Shown here: one piece after another, positions 7,563 through 15,204 of the stretch
Layout: every line of letters starts with the position of its first letter
How positions within the stretch are numbered: position 1 is the stretch's first letter
Translations under genes and position numbers: made by a program
From: Nitrospirae bacterium CG1_02_44_142
GTDB lineage: Bacteria > Nitrospirota > Thermodesulfovibrionia > Thermodesulfovibrionales > UBA1546
Length of the DNA: 35,111 nt
Assembly (NCBI GenBank): GCA_001871685.1
Contig: MNVK01000010.1
Location: 1-35,111 of the forward strand
Direction: 5' to 3'
Notes under the pieces: model-generated
What the model was told of the DNA's origin: nothing
Databases searched by the model: none
The model's input: the letters and a program-made list of their open reading frames with translations, nothing else

Positions 7563-8072
7563 TTGAATCGGAGGTGTGCTATTTCTTCAATAGTAATAGA
7601 CGGTTACAATTTAATCGGCATACAACACAAAGACCTTGAGAAGCAGAGGCAGAGGCTTGTGGAAAGGCTTGCTGAATACAGGAAAATAAAAGGGCATGAA
7701 ATCACTGTTGTATTTGACGGATGGAAAAGCGGAAGCGGTGAGGAATCCCATTCAGTTACAGGAGGAATTAAGGTAATCTATTCAAGGCTCGGAGAAAAGG
7801 CAGACGCTGTCATAAAGAGAATCGTATCGTCTGAAAAAAAACAGTGGATTGTTATAACTTCTGACAGGGAGATTGCAGACCATGCCTGGGCCAACGGCTC
7901 TGCTGCAGTCTCGTCCGAGGATTTTTCAAGTATACTTGAAAAATCCAAGAGAACATTAACCGGCGACTTTGAACCTTTAGAGGAAGAAGAATACGAATTA
8001 CACAGGAAGGGAAGTCCGAGGACGTTGTCTAAAAAAGAAAAGGCAAAAATGAGAGCGCTGAGAAAGTTGTGA
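7563..8072 (+). CDS. YacP/Rae1-like NYN-domain (PIN-like) RNase
   Basis: 169-aa ORF. It carries IVIDGYNLIG...VVFDG...KVIYS...ADAVIKR...VITSDREI, the YacP/DUF901 pattern. The start is uncertain. The track uses TTG at 7563, but a TATAAT at 7553-7558 and a GGAGG at 7570-7574 argue for a start further downstream. Confidence 0.7.
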   Translation: MNRRCAISSIVIDGYNLIGIQHKDLEKQRQRLVERLAEYRKIKGHEITVVFDGWKSGSGEESHSVTGGIKVIYSRLGEKADAVIKRIVSSEKKQWIVITSDREIADHAWANGSAAVSSEDFSSILEKSKRTLTGDFEPLEEEEYELHRKGSPRTLSKKEKAKMRALRKL

Positions 8073-8944
8073 GAAAATTATTTAATTTAAGGCCTGCTGA
8101 TACTGTGACAGCAGTATTTGTGAGCATATTGCTGCTGCTCACAATTGCATTTAACTCCGCTATTCCGAAGAGACTGCTCTTAATCTCAATATATGCTGCG
8201 CTGCTTATTTCGCAGCTTATAGTTATAAGATTCAGGGATAGGAACAGATTTTTGAGAATAACTTATGACCTGGTATTTCCGATAATATGCGTCATCATAC
8301 TCTTTGACAGTCTTGAAGGGGTGGTCCATTACGTGAATCCAAAAGACATAGACCCATTGCTTGTAAGGCTTGACTATATAATTTTCGGTAACCATCCCAC
8401 TGTCCTGCTTGAGGCGATAATGAATCCGCTGCTGACGGACATTCTGCAAACAGCGTATTCTGCATATTATTTTCTTCCTGTGGTTCTCGGCATAGCGCTG
8501 CTGAGAAATAACCAGAGAGAAGAATTTGACAAATCACTGTTTCTGATTCTTTTTTGTTTTTATCTGTCATATCTCGGCTATATAATCTGGCCTGCGCTGG
8601 GCCCGAGGTTTGCGCTTGACCATTTACAGACTCAGAGGCTTCAAGGATTTTTTATAACAGAACCGATGCAGAATCTACTGAACAGGCTTGAAGGCATAAA
8701 GCGCGATGCGTTCCCGAGCGGGCATACAGGCGTTGCGCTGACAGCGCTGTACCTTGCATACAGGTACAATAAAACCCTATTCCGAATTTATCTGCCGGTT
8801 GTAGGCCTTCTGTTATTTTCCACCGTTTACTGCCGGTATCACTATGTTGTGGATGTCATTGCAGGGGTTATTCTTGCGGCTGCGGCAATATTTTTCGGAG
8901 AGATATATTACAAATGGCAGGAGAAAAGAGAAGGCAAGGTTTGA
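8069..8944 (+). CDS. PAP2-superfamily membrane phosphatase / phosphotransferase
   Basis: 291-aa polytopic ORF. It has the PAP2 motifs PSGHTGVA and YCRYHYVVDVIAG. A GTG start overlaps the preceding stop by 4 nt. Confidence 0.75.
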   Translation: MRKLFNLRPADTVTAVFVSILLLLTIAFNSAIPKRLLLISIYAALLISQLIVIRFRDRNRFLRITYDLVFPIICVIILFDSLEGVVHYVNPKDIDPLLVRLDYIIFGNHPTVLLEAIMNPLLTDILQTAYSAYYFLPVVLGIALLRNNQREEFDKSLFLILFCFYLSYLGYIIWPALGPRFALDHLQTQRLQGFFITEPMQNLLNRLEGIKRDAFPSGHTGVALTALYLAYRYNKTLFRIYLPVVGLLLFSTVYCRYHYVVDVIAGVILAAAAIFFGEIYYKWQEKREGKV

Positions 8945-9009
8945 TTAAAAAGCGCTTCTGTTGACAACGAAAGATTGTAAACGATATTCTAAAGAGGCTT
9001 GGTGATTAT

Positions 9010-9603
9010 ATGGCGCAGGAAATAATAGAAAACCTCATAAGCGAACTTACAAAACTCCCGGGGATAGGAAGAAAGACCGCCCAGAGGCTTGCCTTTTTCA
9101 TACTTACGCTGCCTGAAGAAAGCGCAAAAGACATAGCCAAAGCTATTAATGATGTAAAGGAGAAGGCAAGGTTCTGCAGCAGGTGCTTTAACATTACGGA
9201 CACGGAGTTGTGCAGTATATGCAGGGACGAGTCAAGAGACAGAACAAAGATATGCATTGTGGAGGAGCCGAGCAACATCATGGTCGTTGAAAGGGCCAAG
9301 GCATTTAACGGACTTTATCATGTCCTTCTCGGTTCAATCTCGCCCATAGACGGGATGACCCCTGACAGGCTAAAGATAGCCGAGCTTGTGGAAAGGGTGA
9401 GAGGGGACAGTGTAGCAGAGGTAATCCTTGCAACGAATCCCAATACAAGAGGAGAGATGACAGCCCAGTATATTAAAGACGCCCTGAAACACTTCGGCGT
9501 AAAAGTCACACGCATTGCATACGGCCTTCCAATAGGAAGCGACATTGAATTTGCGGACGAGGTAACTTTAAGCAAGGCTCTTGAAGGAAGAAGGGAGATG
9601 TAA
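9010..9603 (+). CDS. recR: Recombination protein RecR
   Basis: 197 aa. It has the HhH segment LTKLPGIGRKTAQRLAFFIL, the zinc finger CSRCFNITDTELCSIC and a Toprim-like C-terminal part. Confidence 0.95.
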   Translation: MAQEIIENLISELTKLPGIGRKTAQRLAFFILTLPEESAKDIAKAINDVKEKARFCSRCFNITDTELCSICRDESRDRTKICIVEEPSNIMVVERAKAFNGLYHVLLGSISPIDGMTPDRLKIAELVERVRGDSVAEVILATNPNTRGEMTAQYIKDALKHFGVKVTRIAYGLPIGSDIEFADEVTLSKALEGRREM

Positions 9604-9604
9604 A

Positions 9605-10024
9605 ATGCCTATGAAGAATAAAATCCGAATTATTTTCTGGAATATGCTTGCTGCCATTGCACTTTCTGCCTGTATGCCCGCGATGTCTGTGCGTGTGGAA
9701 TTTGATGACAGCATCAACAAGTATAATAAGTTTTTGTCTTCGCAGAGTTTTGATGCAGCCGGTTTTTTTGCCTCGGAGAGCATTGCAAAGGAATTCAGCA
9801 CAAGGGTGAAAGCGGCGAAGAATATTAAAGTGATAGACCGCCGCATTGTGAGGGTAAGATATGATGAGGAGAACGTCACCGCTCAGGTTGAAGTAGAGAT
9901 AGACTACTATTCCCTTTCTTCATACAGAATGAAGACCCTGCTGGACATTCAGAAGTGGGCGTATGTGACTGAAAGCGGTTTTAAACACTGGAGGCTGATG
10001 AGCCTGTTGCCTGAATTCCCTTAG
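9605..10024 (+). CDS. Small lipoprotein, unknown function
   Basis: The track ORF starts at TTG 9581. The ATG at 9605 follows an AAGGGAG ribosome-binding site. The product MPMKNKIRIIFWNMLAAIALSAC has a signal peptide with lipobox LSAC. Confidence 0.6.
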   Translation: MPMKNKIRIIFWNMLAAIALSACMPAMSVRVEFDDSINKYNKFLSSQSFDAAGFFASESIAKEFSTRVKAAKNIKVIDRRIVRVRYDEENVTAQVEVEIDYYSLSSYRMKTLLDIQKWAYVTESGFKHWRLMSLLPEFP

Positions 10025-10043
10025 TCAAGAAGTTCCGGGCAGG

Positions 10044-11363
10044 TTATTTAATCTTGCATCTCCACTCTCTTGCCTTTGCCATTATCTCCTCTTCTTCAGC
10101 AGTTGAGAGCCTGCCTTTATCAACTACGAGCTTGCCGTTAACAAATACTGTCTCTACATCCGAGGCCCGCGCTGAATAGACGATGTGCGAATAAACATCA
10201 TACAGAGGCGTAAGATGAGGCTTGTCTAAGTTCATTATCGCGATGTCCGCTGCTTTGCCTTTTTCAAGGCTGCCAGTAATGCCTCCAAGTCCAAGAGCAT
10301 CTGCGCCCCATCTTGTCGCCATGAGCAGCGCTGTCTTTGCATTTAGAGCAGTAGGGTCATTTGAGGCCGCCTTATGCACCTTCGCTGCAGTTGACATCTC
10401 GCTCAGGATATTTAGGTCATTATTGCTTGCGGCGCCGTCTGTTCCGAGAGTTACCTTTACACCTGCCTTAAGCATCTCAGGCACAGGCGCAATGCCCGAA
10501 CTCAATTTAAGATTGCTCTCTATGCAGTGAGAGACTCCGACTTTGTGTTTTGCAATCGCCTCTATATCTTTTTTATCCACCCAGACGCAGTGGGCTGCAA
10601 TAATGTTCTCATCAAGAAGGCCGATTTTTTTTAGATGCTCAACAGGGGTTAAGCCGTATTTTCCCTTTATCTCTTCAACCTCCCGCTTTGTCTCTGAAAG
10701 ATGCGTGTGAATCATGACATTGTATTTATCAGCAAGTTCCTTTACTTTTTTGAGAGTCTCAGGGCTGCATGCGTAAGCTGAATGAGGCGCAATGCACGGG
10801 ACAATCAAATCATCGCCTTGCCATTCTTTTATAAATCTTTCCGCCCGGCTTAAATATTCATCCACCGAATTGCCTGCGACTGTGGGGAAGTCAACTATCC
10901 CTGCGCCAAGGACAGCCCTCATGCCGATTTTTTTAGCAGCCTTGCTTGAGGCGTCCTCAAAAAAATACATATCGTTGTATGTTGTAATCCCAGCCTTAAG
11001 CATCTCAAGGCAGGCAAGCTCTGTTGCGTCGGATACAAATTCAGGGCTGAGCCACTTATTCTCGGCAGGCCAGATATGCTCTTCAAGCCATTCCTTTAAA
11101 GGCAGGTCGTCTGCCATGCCCCTGAAATAGACCATTGCCGCATGGGTGTGTGTGTTTATTAGTCCGGGCAGCACTGCCGTGTTTTTGCCGTTGATTATAT
11201 TTTTTGAGGAATACTTTTTTGCTATTTCATCAAGGCTTCCTATGTCTGCAATTTTATTCGCCTGAATAGCAAGAGCGCCGTTCCTAATGACAGTAAAGTC
11301 ATGGTTCATTGTGATGATATAATCAGCGTGAATAATATAGTCAGCGTTTTGCAAACGATTCAC
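10044..11363 (-). CDS. mtaD: Amidohydrolase; 5-methylthioadenosine/S-adenosylhomocysteine deaminase-like
   Basis: 439 aa. It carries GLINTHTHAAMVYFRGMADDLPLKEWL and downstream HxH/D metal ligands typical of the MtaD/SsnA amidohydrolase subgroup. Confidence 0.8.
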   Translation of the reverse strand: MNRLQNADYIIHADYIITMNHDFTVIRNGALAIQANKIADIGSLDEIAKKYSSKNIINGKNTAVLPGLINTHTHAAMVYFRGMADDLPLKEWLEEHIWPAENKWLSPEFVSDATELACLEMLKAGITTYNDMYFFEDASSKAAKKIGMRAVLGAGIVDFPTVAGNSVDEYLSRAERFIKEWQGDDLIVPCIAPHSAYACSPETLKKVKELADKYNVMIHTHLSETKREVEEIKGKYGLTPVEHLKKIGLLDENIIAAHCVWVDKKDIEAIAKHKVGVSHCIESNLKLSSGIAPVPEMLKAGVKVTLGTDGAASNNDLNILSEMSTAAKVHKAASNDPTALNAKTALLMATRWGADALGLGGITGSLEKGKAADIAIMNLDKPHLTPLYDVYSHIVYSARASDVETVFVNGKLVVDKGRLSTAEEEEIMAKAREWRCKIK

Positions 11364-11392
11364 CTATTTACCAATTCACCCATTCACCATAC

Positions 11393-12994
11393 TTATTTCT
11401 TTATCTCAATCCTCGGGAAAAGGTGTTCTGCTTTAGAGACTTTTATTTCGTAAGACGGTTTCCAGTCCCATTCAAAAATTTCAGGGCTGCAATGTTTTGC
11501 CTCATCAACCAAAGATTTCAAGCCAATCTGCTTCCATATCTTCTCTGCTGTGCCAGGCATGAAAGGATAAAGCGAGAGCGCTGTGATTCGCAAGGCATTC
11601 CAGATATTGAACATAACAATTTTCAATTGATCCGTATTCTCCTTTGCGAGTTTCCACGGCTCTTTCCTTGCGATATAATTATTCGCCTCTCCGATTATAT
11701 CCCAGATATTTTCAAGCATCAGACTGAAGCGCAGATGGTCCCAATATTCTTTTCTGTATATATTCATATATGCATAAGCGCACTGCTCTTCAAGCTCTCT
11801 TGATGCGCCTGCATCTATGCGCCCGATATCAATTGCTCCTCCAAAATATTTTTCTGCCATTGTACTGAATCTGCTTACGAGGTTGCCGAGGTCATTTGCG
11901 AGGTCTGTGTTTATCCTGTTAATGAGCGCCTGTTCTGAAAAAACTCCGTCAAGTCCGAAAGACACCTCGCGGAACATGAAATACCGCAGGGCGTCCACAC
12001 CGTATTTTTCGACCATGGCATTGGGGTCAACCATGTTACCGAGGGACTTTGACATCTTCTTCCCGTTAACTGTCCACCAGCCGTGCGCAAAGATATTTTT
12101 TGGAAGAGGAAGGTTTAAGGCCATTAGCATTGTGGACCAATAAACCGCATGTGTGGTAAGAATATCCTTTCCCACAAGGTGGTGTTCGGCAGGCCACCAG
12201 TCTACCCCCCCTTCGCTCCCCCCCTTACCAAGGGGGGGAATAGGGGGGGTGCTGTCAGCTCCAGGTGCAAGATATTTTGTTGCCGAAAAATAGTTTACCA
12301 GGGCGTCAAACCAGACATAGGTGACGAAGTTTTCATCAAACGGCAGTGGAATTCCCCATGAAAGCCTGCTTTTGGGCCTTGAGATGCAGAGGTCTCCGAG
12401 AGTGTTGTTTCTCAGAAACCCGAGAACCTCATTTCTCCTTGTGTCCGGGAGTATGTAGGAGGGGTTCTCTTCTATATATTTGATGAGCCTTTCCTGATAT
12501 TTTGACATGAGGAAAAAATAGTTCTCTTCGTGTATCCGGTCCACAGGCCGGCCGCAGTCGGGACAGTTGCCTTCCACTATGTCCTTTTCAGTCCAGAAGC
12601 GTTCATCAGGAGTGCAGTACCAGCCGGAGTATTCCCTTTTTTCAATCTCTCCCCTGTCCCGGAGCATCTGAAGAAGTCCCTGTACACTCTTGATGTGCGC
12701 ATCGTCGGTTGTCCTGATAAATGCGTCATTGGATATGTTCAGCCTTTTCCAGAGATTGCTGAAATTGTCCACCAGGATGTCTGCATGTTCCTTCGGGGTG
12801 CGCCCTTTTTCAGCGGCTGCCTTCTCCACCTTCTGGCCGTGCTCGTCAGTGCCTGTCAAAAAGAAAACTTCTTTCCCTCTCAGTCTGTTGTATCGCGCAA
12901 GAATATCAGCCGCAATGGTTGTGTATGCGTGGCCTATGTGAGGGATATCATTGACATAGTAGATTGGAGTTGTAACGTAGAATCTCTGTTTCAT
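11393..12994 (-). CDS. metG: Methionyl-tRNA synthetase (short form)
   Basis: 533 aa. It has the HIGH motif (PHIGHAYT), KMSKS, and the zinc knuckle CPDCGRPV. It contains an in-frame palindromic repeat insertion, listed as the repeat feature at 12205-12249. Confidence 0.95.
   Translation of the reverse strand: MKQRFYVTTPIYYVNDIPHIGHAYTTIAADILARYNRLRGKEVFFLTGTDEHGQKVEKAAAEKGRTPKEHADILVDNFSNLWKRLNISNDAFIRTTDDAHIKSVQGLLQMLRDRGEIEKREYSGWYCTPDERFWTEKDIVEGNCPDCGRPVDRIHEENYFFLMSKYQERLIKYIEENPSYILPDTRRNEVLGFLRNNTLGDLCISRPKSRLSWGIPLPFDENFVTYVWFDALVNYFSATKYLAPGADSTPPIPPLGKGGSEGGVDWWPAEHHLVGKDILTTHAVYWSTMLMALNLPLPKNIFAHGWWTVNGKKMSKSLGNMVDPNAMVEKYGVDALRYFMFREVSFGLDGVFSEQALINRINTDLANDLGNLVSRFSTMAEKYFGGAIDIGRIDAGASRELEEQCAYAYMNIYRKEYWDHLRFSLMLENIWDIIGEANNYIARKEPWKLAKENTDQLKIVMFNIWNALRITALSLYPFMPGTAEKIWKQIGLKSLVDEAKHCSPEIFEWDWKPSYEIKVSKAEHLFPRIEIKK
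12205..12249. repeat. 45-nt nested G/C-run palindrome inside metG
   Basis: The plus strand reads C7-TTCGCT-C7-TTACCAA-G7-AATA-G7. At 45 nt (15 codons) it stays in frame and is translated as TPPIPPLGKGGSEGG. Elements of the same architecture occur at 29007-29049 and 34057-34084. Confidence 0.85.
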
Positions 12995-13020
12995 TTAAGG
13001 GTTCTTATAGACGGGCTTTA

Positions 13021-13929
13021 TCATTTTTTATGAAATTTTCTCCAGCGCCACCTTTTGCGCTTTCTTTGTTCCTGTCCGGTCTCTTGTTTTTGCCCTGCTG
13101 CATTATCTGGAGTGGCTTCTGTCTGAGGTTTATCAGTAGAAGCAGGCGCGGCGCTCCGGGGAGCAGGGGCTGGTGTTTCTATATGTCTCAAGACAGTTTC
13201 TATCGCTTCCGGTTGAGGCACATCCTCTGTTTCATCTTGAAGAGGCTTGCTTTTTCCTACGGCCATTAACTCATTCCTGGGTTGCCCGGTTGTTTCATCA
13301 GGAATTTCATAGCTCAGGCAGCACATAAGCCTGCCGCAGACGCCAGACAGCTTGCTCATGTTAAGCGTGAGTTCCTGCTGTTTTGCCATTTTGATGGATA
13401 TCGGCTCAAATGACGTAAGGAAGGTCTTGCAGCATAGTTCTCTGCCGCACATTCCAAAACCTCCGAGTAGCTTTGCCTCATCCCTTACACCTATCTGTCT
13501 CATTTCTATGCGCGTCTTGAACTTTGCAGCGAGGTCTTTTACAAGCTCCCTGAAATCTATTCTTCCGTCCGCAGTGAAATAAAAAACGATACGTTTTTTG
13601 TCCAGAGTAGATTCCGTAAACACAAGCTTCATCGGAAGGCCTCTCGCCATAATCCTCTCTATGCAATAATCCTTTGCCTCTTTCTCAAAAGCCTCGTTGT
13701 CCTGCTTTTGTTTAAAGTCATCCTCAGTTGCTTTTCTCAGCGCCTTTCTCAGTTCTCTGGCAGATGTTTCAACTGTGTGCTTCCCTATAATTACGCTCCC
13801 TATGCTCAACCCGAGGTCGGATTCAACGACAATAGGGTCTCCTTTTTTAAATTCCACATCTGAAGCGTTAACCTCAAAGTCGTATATCTTTCCGCAGTCC
13901 TTAAATCTTATTCCGATAACGTCAGGCAT
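13021..13929 (-). CDS. yaaT: PSP1-domain protein YaaT/RicT-like
   Basis: 302 aa. It carries the PSP1 C-terminal-type core (IGIRFKDCGKIYDFE...CGRELCC...CGRLMCCL). It sits directly downstream of holB, as in many bacteria. The C-terminal tail is low-complexity and basic. Confidence 0.8.
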   Translation of the reverse strand: MPDVIGIRFKDCGKIYDFEVNASDVEFKKGDPIVVESDLGLSIGSVIIGKHTVETSARELRKALRKATEDDFKQKQDNEAFEKEAKDYCIERIMARGLPMKLVFTESTLDKKRIVFYFTADGRIDFRELVKDLAAKFKTRIEMRQIGVRDEAKLLGGFGMCGRELCCKTFLTSFEPISIKMAKQQELTLNMSKLSGVCGRLMCCLSYEIPDETTGQPRNELMAVGKSKPLQDETEDVPQPEAIETVLRHIETPAPAPRSAAPASTDKPQTEATPDNAAGQKQETGQEQRKRKRWRWRKFHKK

Positions 13930-13946
13930 CTATTCCTCCATAAATT

Positions 13947-14034
13947 AGGTGTCAGGTATCAGGTGTTAGTCTGAAACCTAAAACCTAAAACCTGAAACCT
14001 AATACCTGAAACCTAAAACCTGAAACCTAATCCC
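13947..14034. repeat. Tandem heptanucleotide array with an inverted arm
   Basis: Three AGGT[GA]T[CT] units occupy 13947-13967. Nine T[GA]A[AT]ACC units occupy 13972-14034. The two blocks are imperfect reverse complements. The array provides the last roughly 7 codons and the stop codon of holB. Confidence 0.85.
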
Positions 14035-15095
14035 TTTATTATAATTGTTACATAATTCCATGTAATTGCCTTGTTCAGGTTAAAGCCAAGATAACCCTTC
14101 AAAAATGACAGCCTGCCGTAAATGTTTATTATATCTTTCATCTCTATCGCTTTGCTCATCTCAACGAACCTGTCTTTAAGGTCTATATTTATCAGCATAT
14201 CGCTCTTGCCTGTTATCTTTAATACGGCAATATCCCTTAAAAGCATGAAGGCCTTATTAAACCATAATTCCATCTCTTCCTTGTCGGCCCAGGTCTCTTT
14301 ATTTTTGCCTCCGCCTAATCCGCCTGAGGCGGAGGAGGCTGACATTTCTCCTAAAAGATTGAAAAACCAGTCCCTCTCTTCCATGAGGTCGCTTGAGATT
14401 GCAAGTCCGGGCCTTCCCATGGAAAGCCTTGAAAGAGTTGACAGTTGGGAATCGGTAATCTCCCGCTCCTGATTGTCAATTGCCCCTATGACCTCTTTGC
14501 ATTGCTCAGGAGTTAGAGGTGAAAAGTTTATCCTGGAGCATCTTGACCTTATTGTTTCAGGCAGTCTGTCCGGGCTGGCTGAGATAAGGATTATGATGCT
14601 CTGAGGAGGAGGCTCCTCAAGTGTTTTAAGAAATGCATTAGCGGCAGACGGGTTCATTGTCTCTGCGTCATCAACAATCACGACTTTTCTTTTCCCCTCA
14701 TAAGGCGCAAGTGAGATGGCTTCTTCTATTGCCCTTATCTCATCAACCCGTATCTCTCCCTTTTCAGGCGCTGCCATGATAAAATCAGGGTGTATTCCCG
14801 AATCAATCTTTTTGCAAGAAGGGCACTCATCACAGGCATCCATTCGTAATCCGTAATCCGTAATCCGTAATGAGTTTTTATCTTTTATCCCATCACGCAT
14901 AACGCTTAATGCATTGCGGTCTTTTTGGCAGTTTAAAGTCTTTGCAAGGTTAATCGCAGTGAGCTTTTTGCCTATTCCTGATTCGCCTGCAAATAGATAT
15001 GCCGAGGGCATCCTGTTTCTGCCCATTGTGCCAAGCAGGATATTAATTGCTTTTTTCTGTCCTATAATATTTTTAAGCGCCATATCATAACTCAA
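14013..15095 (-). CDS. holB: DNA polymerase III delta-prime subunit
   Basis: 360 aa. It has an AAA+ clamp-loader fold: Walker A-like GESGIGK, zinc module C..CDECPSC..GIHPDF, and SRC (SRCSRINF). The track start is TTG 15095, and the ATG at 15083 (MALKNIIGQ) is a likely alternative. It contains two repeat-derived in-frame insertions. Confidence 0.85.
   Translation of the reverse strand: MSYDMALKNIIGQKKAINILLGTMGRNRMPSAYLFAGESGIGKKLTAINLAKTLNCQKDRNALSVMRDGIKDKNSLRITDYGLRMDACDECPSCKKIDSGIHPDFIMAAPEKGEIRVDEIRAIEEAISLAPYEGKRKVVIVDDAETMNPSAANAFLKTLEEPPPQSIIILISASPDRLPETIRSRCSRINFSPLTPEQCKEVIGAIDNQEREITDSQLSTLSRLSMGRPGLAISSDLMEERDWFFNLLGEMSASSASGGLGGGKNKETWADKEEMELWFNKAFMLLRDIAVLKITGKSDMLINIDLKDRFVEMSKAIEMKDIINIYGRLSFLKGYLGFNLNKAITWNYVTIIIKGLGFRF
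14308..14335. repeat. CCTCCGCC...TCCGCC-TGA-GGCGGA(GG) palindrome inside holB
   Basis: The hairpin TCCGCC/TGA/GGCGGA lies at 14319-14333, with an alternative outer arm CCTCCGCC at 14308-14315. It is translated as SASSASGGLGG. The same 6-bp stem occurs at 16576-16590 inside the M16 gene. Confidence 0.75.
14844..14919. repeat. Heptamer-array hairpin inserted in holB
   Basis: The sequence TCGTAAT + 3x CCGTAAT occupies 14844-14871. A T/A-rich loop of about 19 nt follows. A degenerate complementary heptamer arm, CATCACG CATAACG CTTAATG CATTGCG, occupies 14891-14918. About 19 of 28 positions are complementary. The element lies between the first Cys and the CDECPSC of the zinc module. Confidence 0.8.
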
Positions 15096-15155
15096 GATTT
15101 TCCAGAAAGCACAGAACTGCTGACCTTGTTTTTATCTCTGTTTCTCTCTTAAGGC

Positions 15156-15185
15156 ATTATAACTTTACGGGAAATGGATTGACAA
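15156..15185 (-). promoter_or_regulatory. Putative sigma70 promoter for holB-yaaT-metG-mtaD
   Basis: The minus strand reads TTGTCA (15185-15180), an 18-nt spacer, then TATAAT (15161-15156). This is about 60 nt upstream of holB. Confidence 0.5.
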
Positions 15186-15204
15186 GAGAAATGCAGGGAA
15201 TTAC

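Noticed and set aside
12149-12361. 70-aa plus-strand ORF with the peptide PPFAPPLTKGGNRGG
   Set aside because: It is the antisense reading of the G/C-run palindrome inside metG. Peptides of this kind are a by-product of the repeat.
12530-13033. 167-aa plus-strand ORF (and 12690-12941)
   Set aside because: It is antisense to the well-conserved N-terminal half of metG.
13947-14034. Heptamer arrays as a possible miniature CRISPR array
   Set aside because: The units are 7 nt long and contiguous, with no spacers. No cas genes are present. Several arrays lie inside CDSs.
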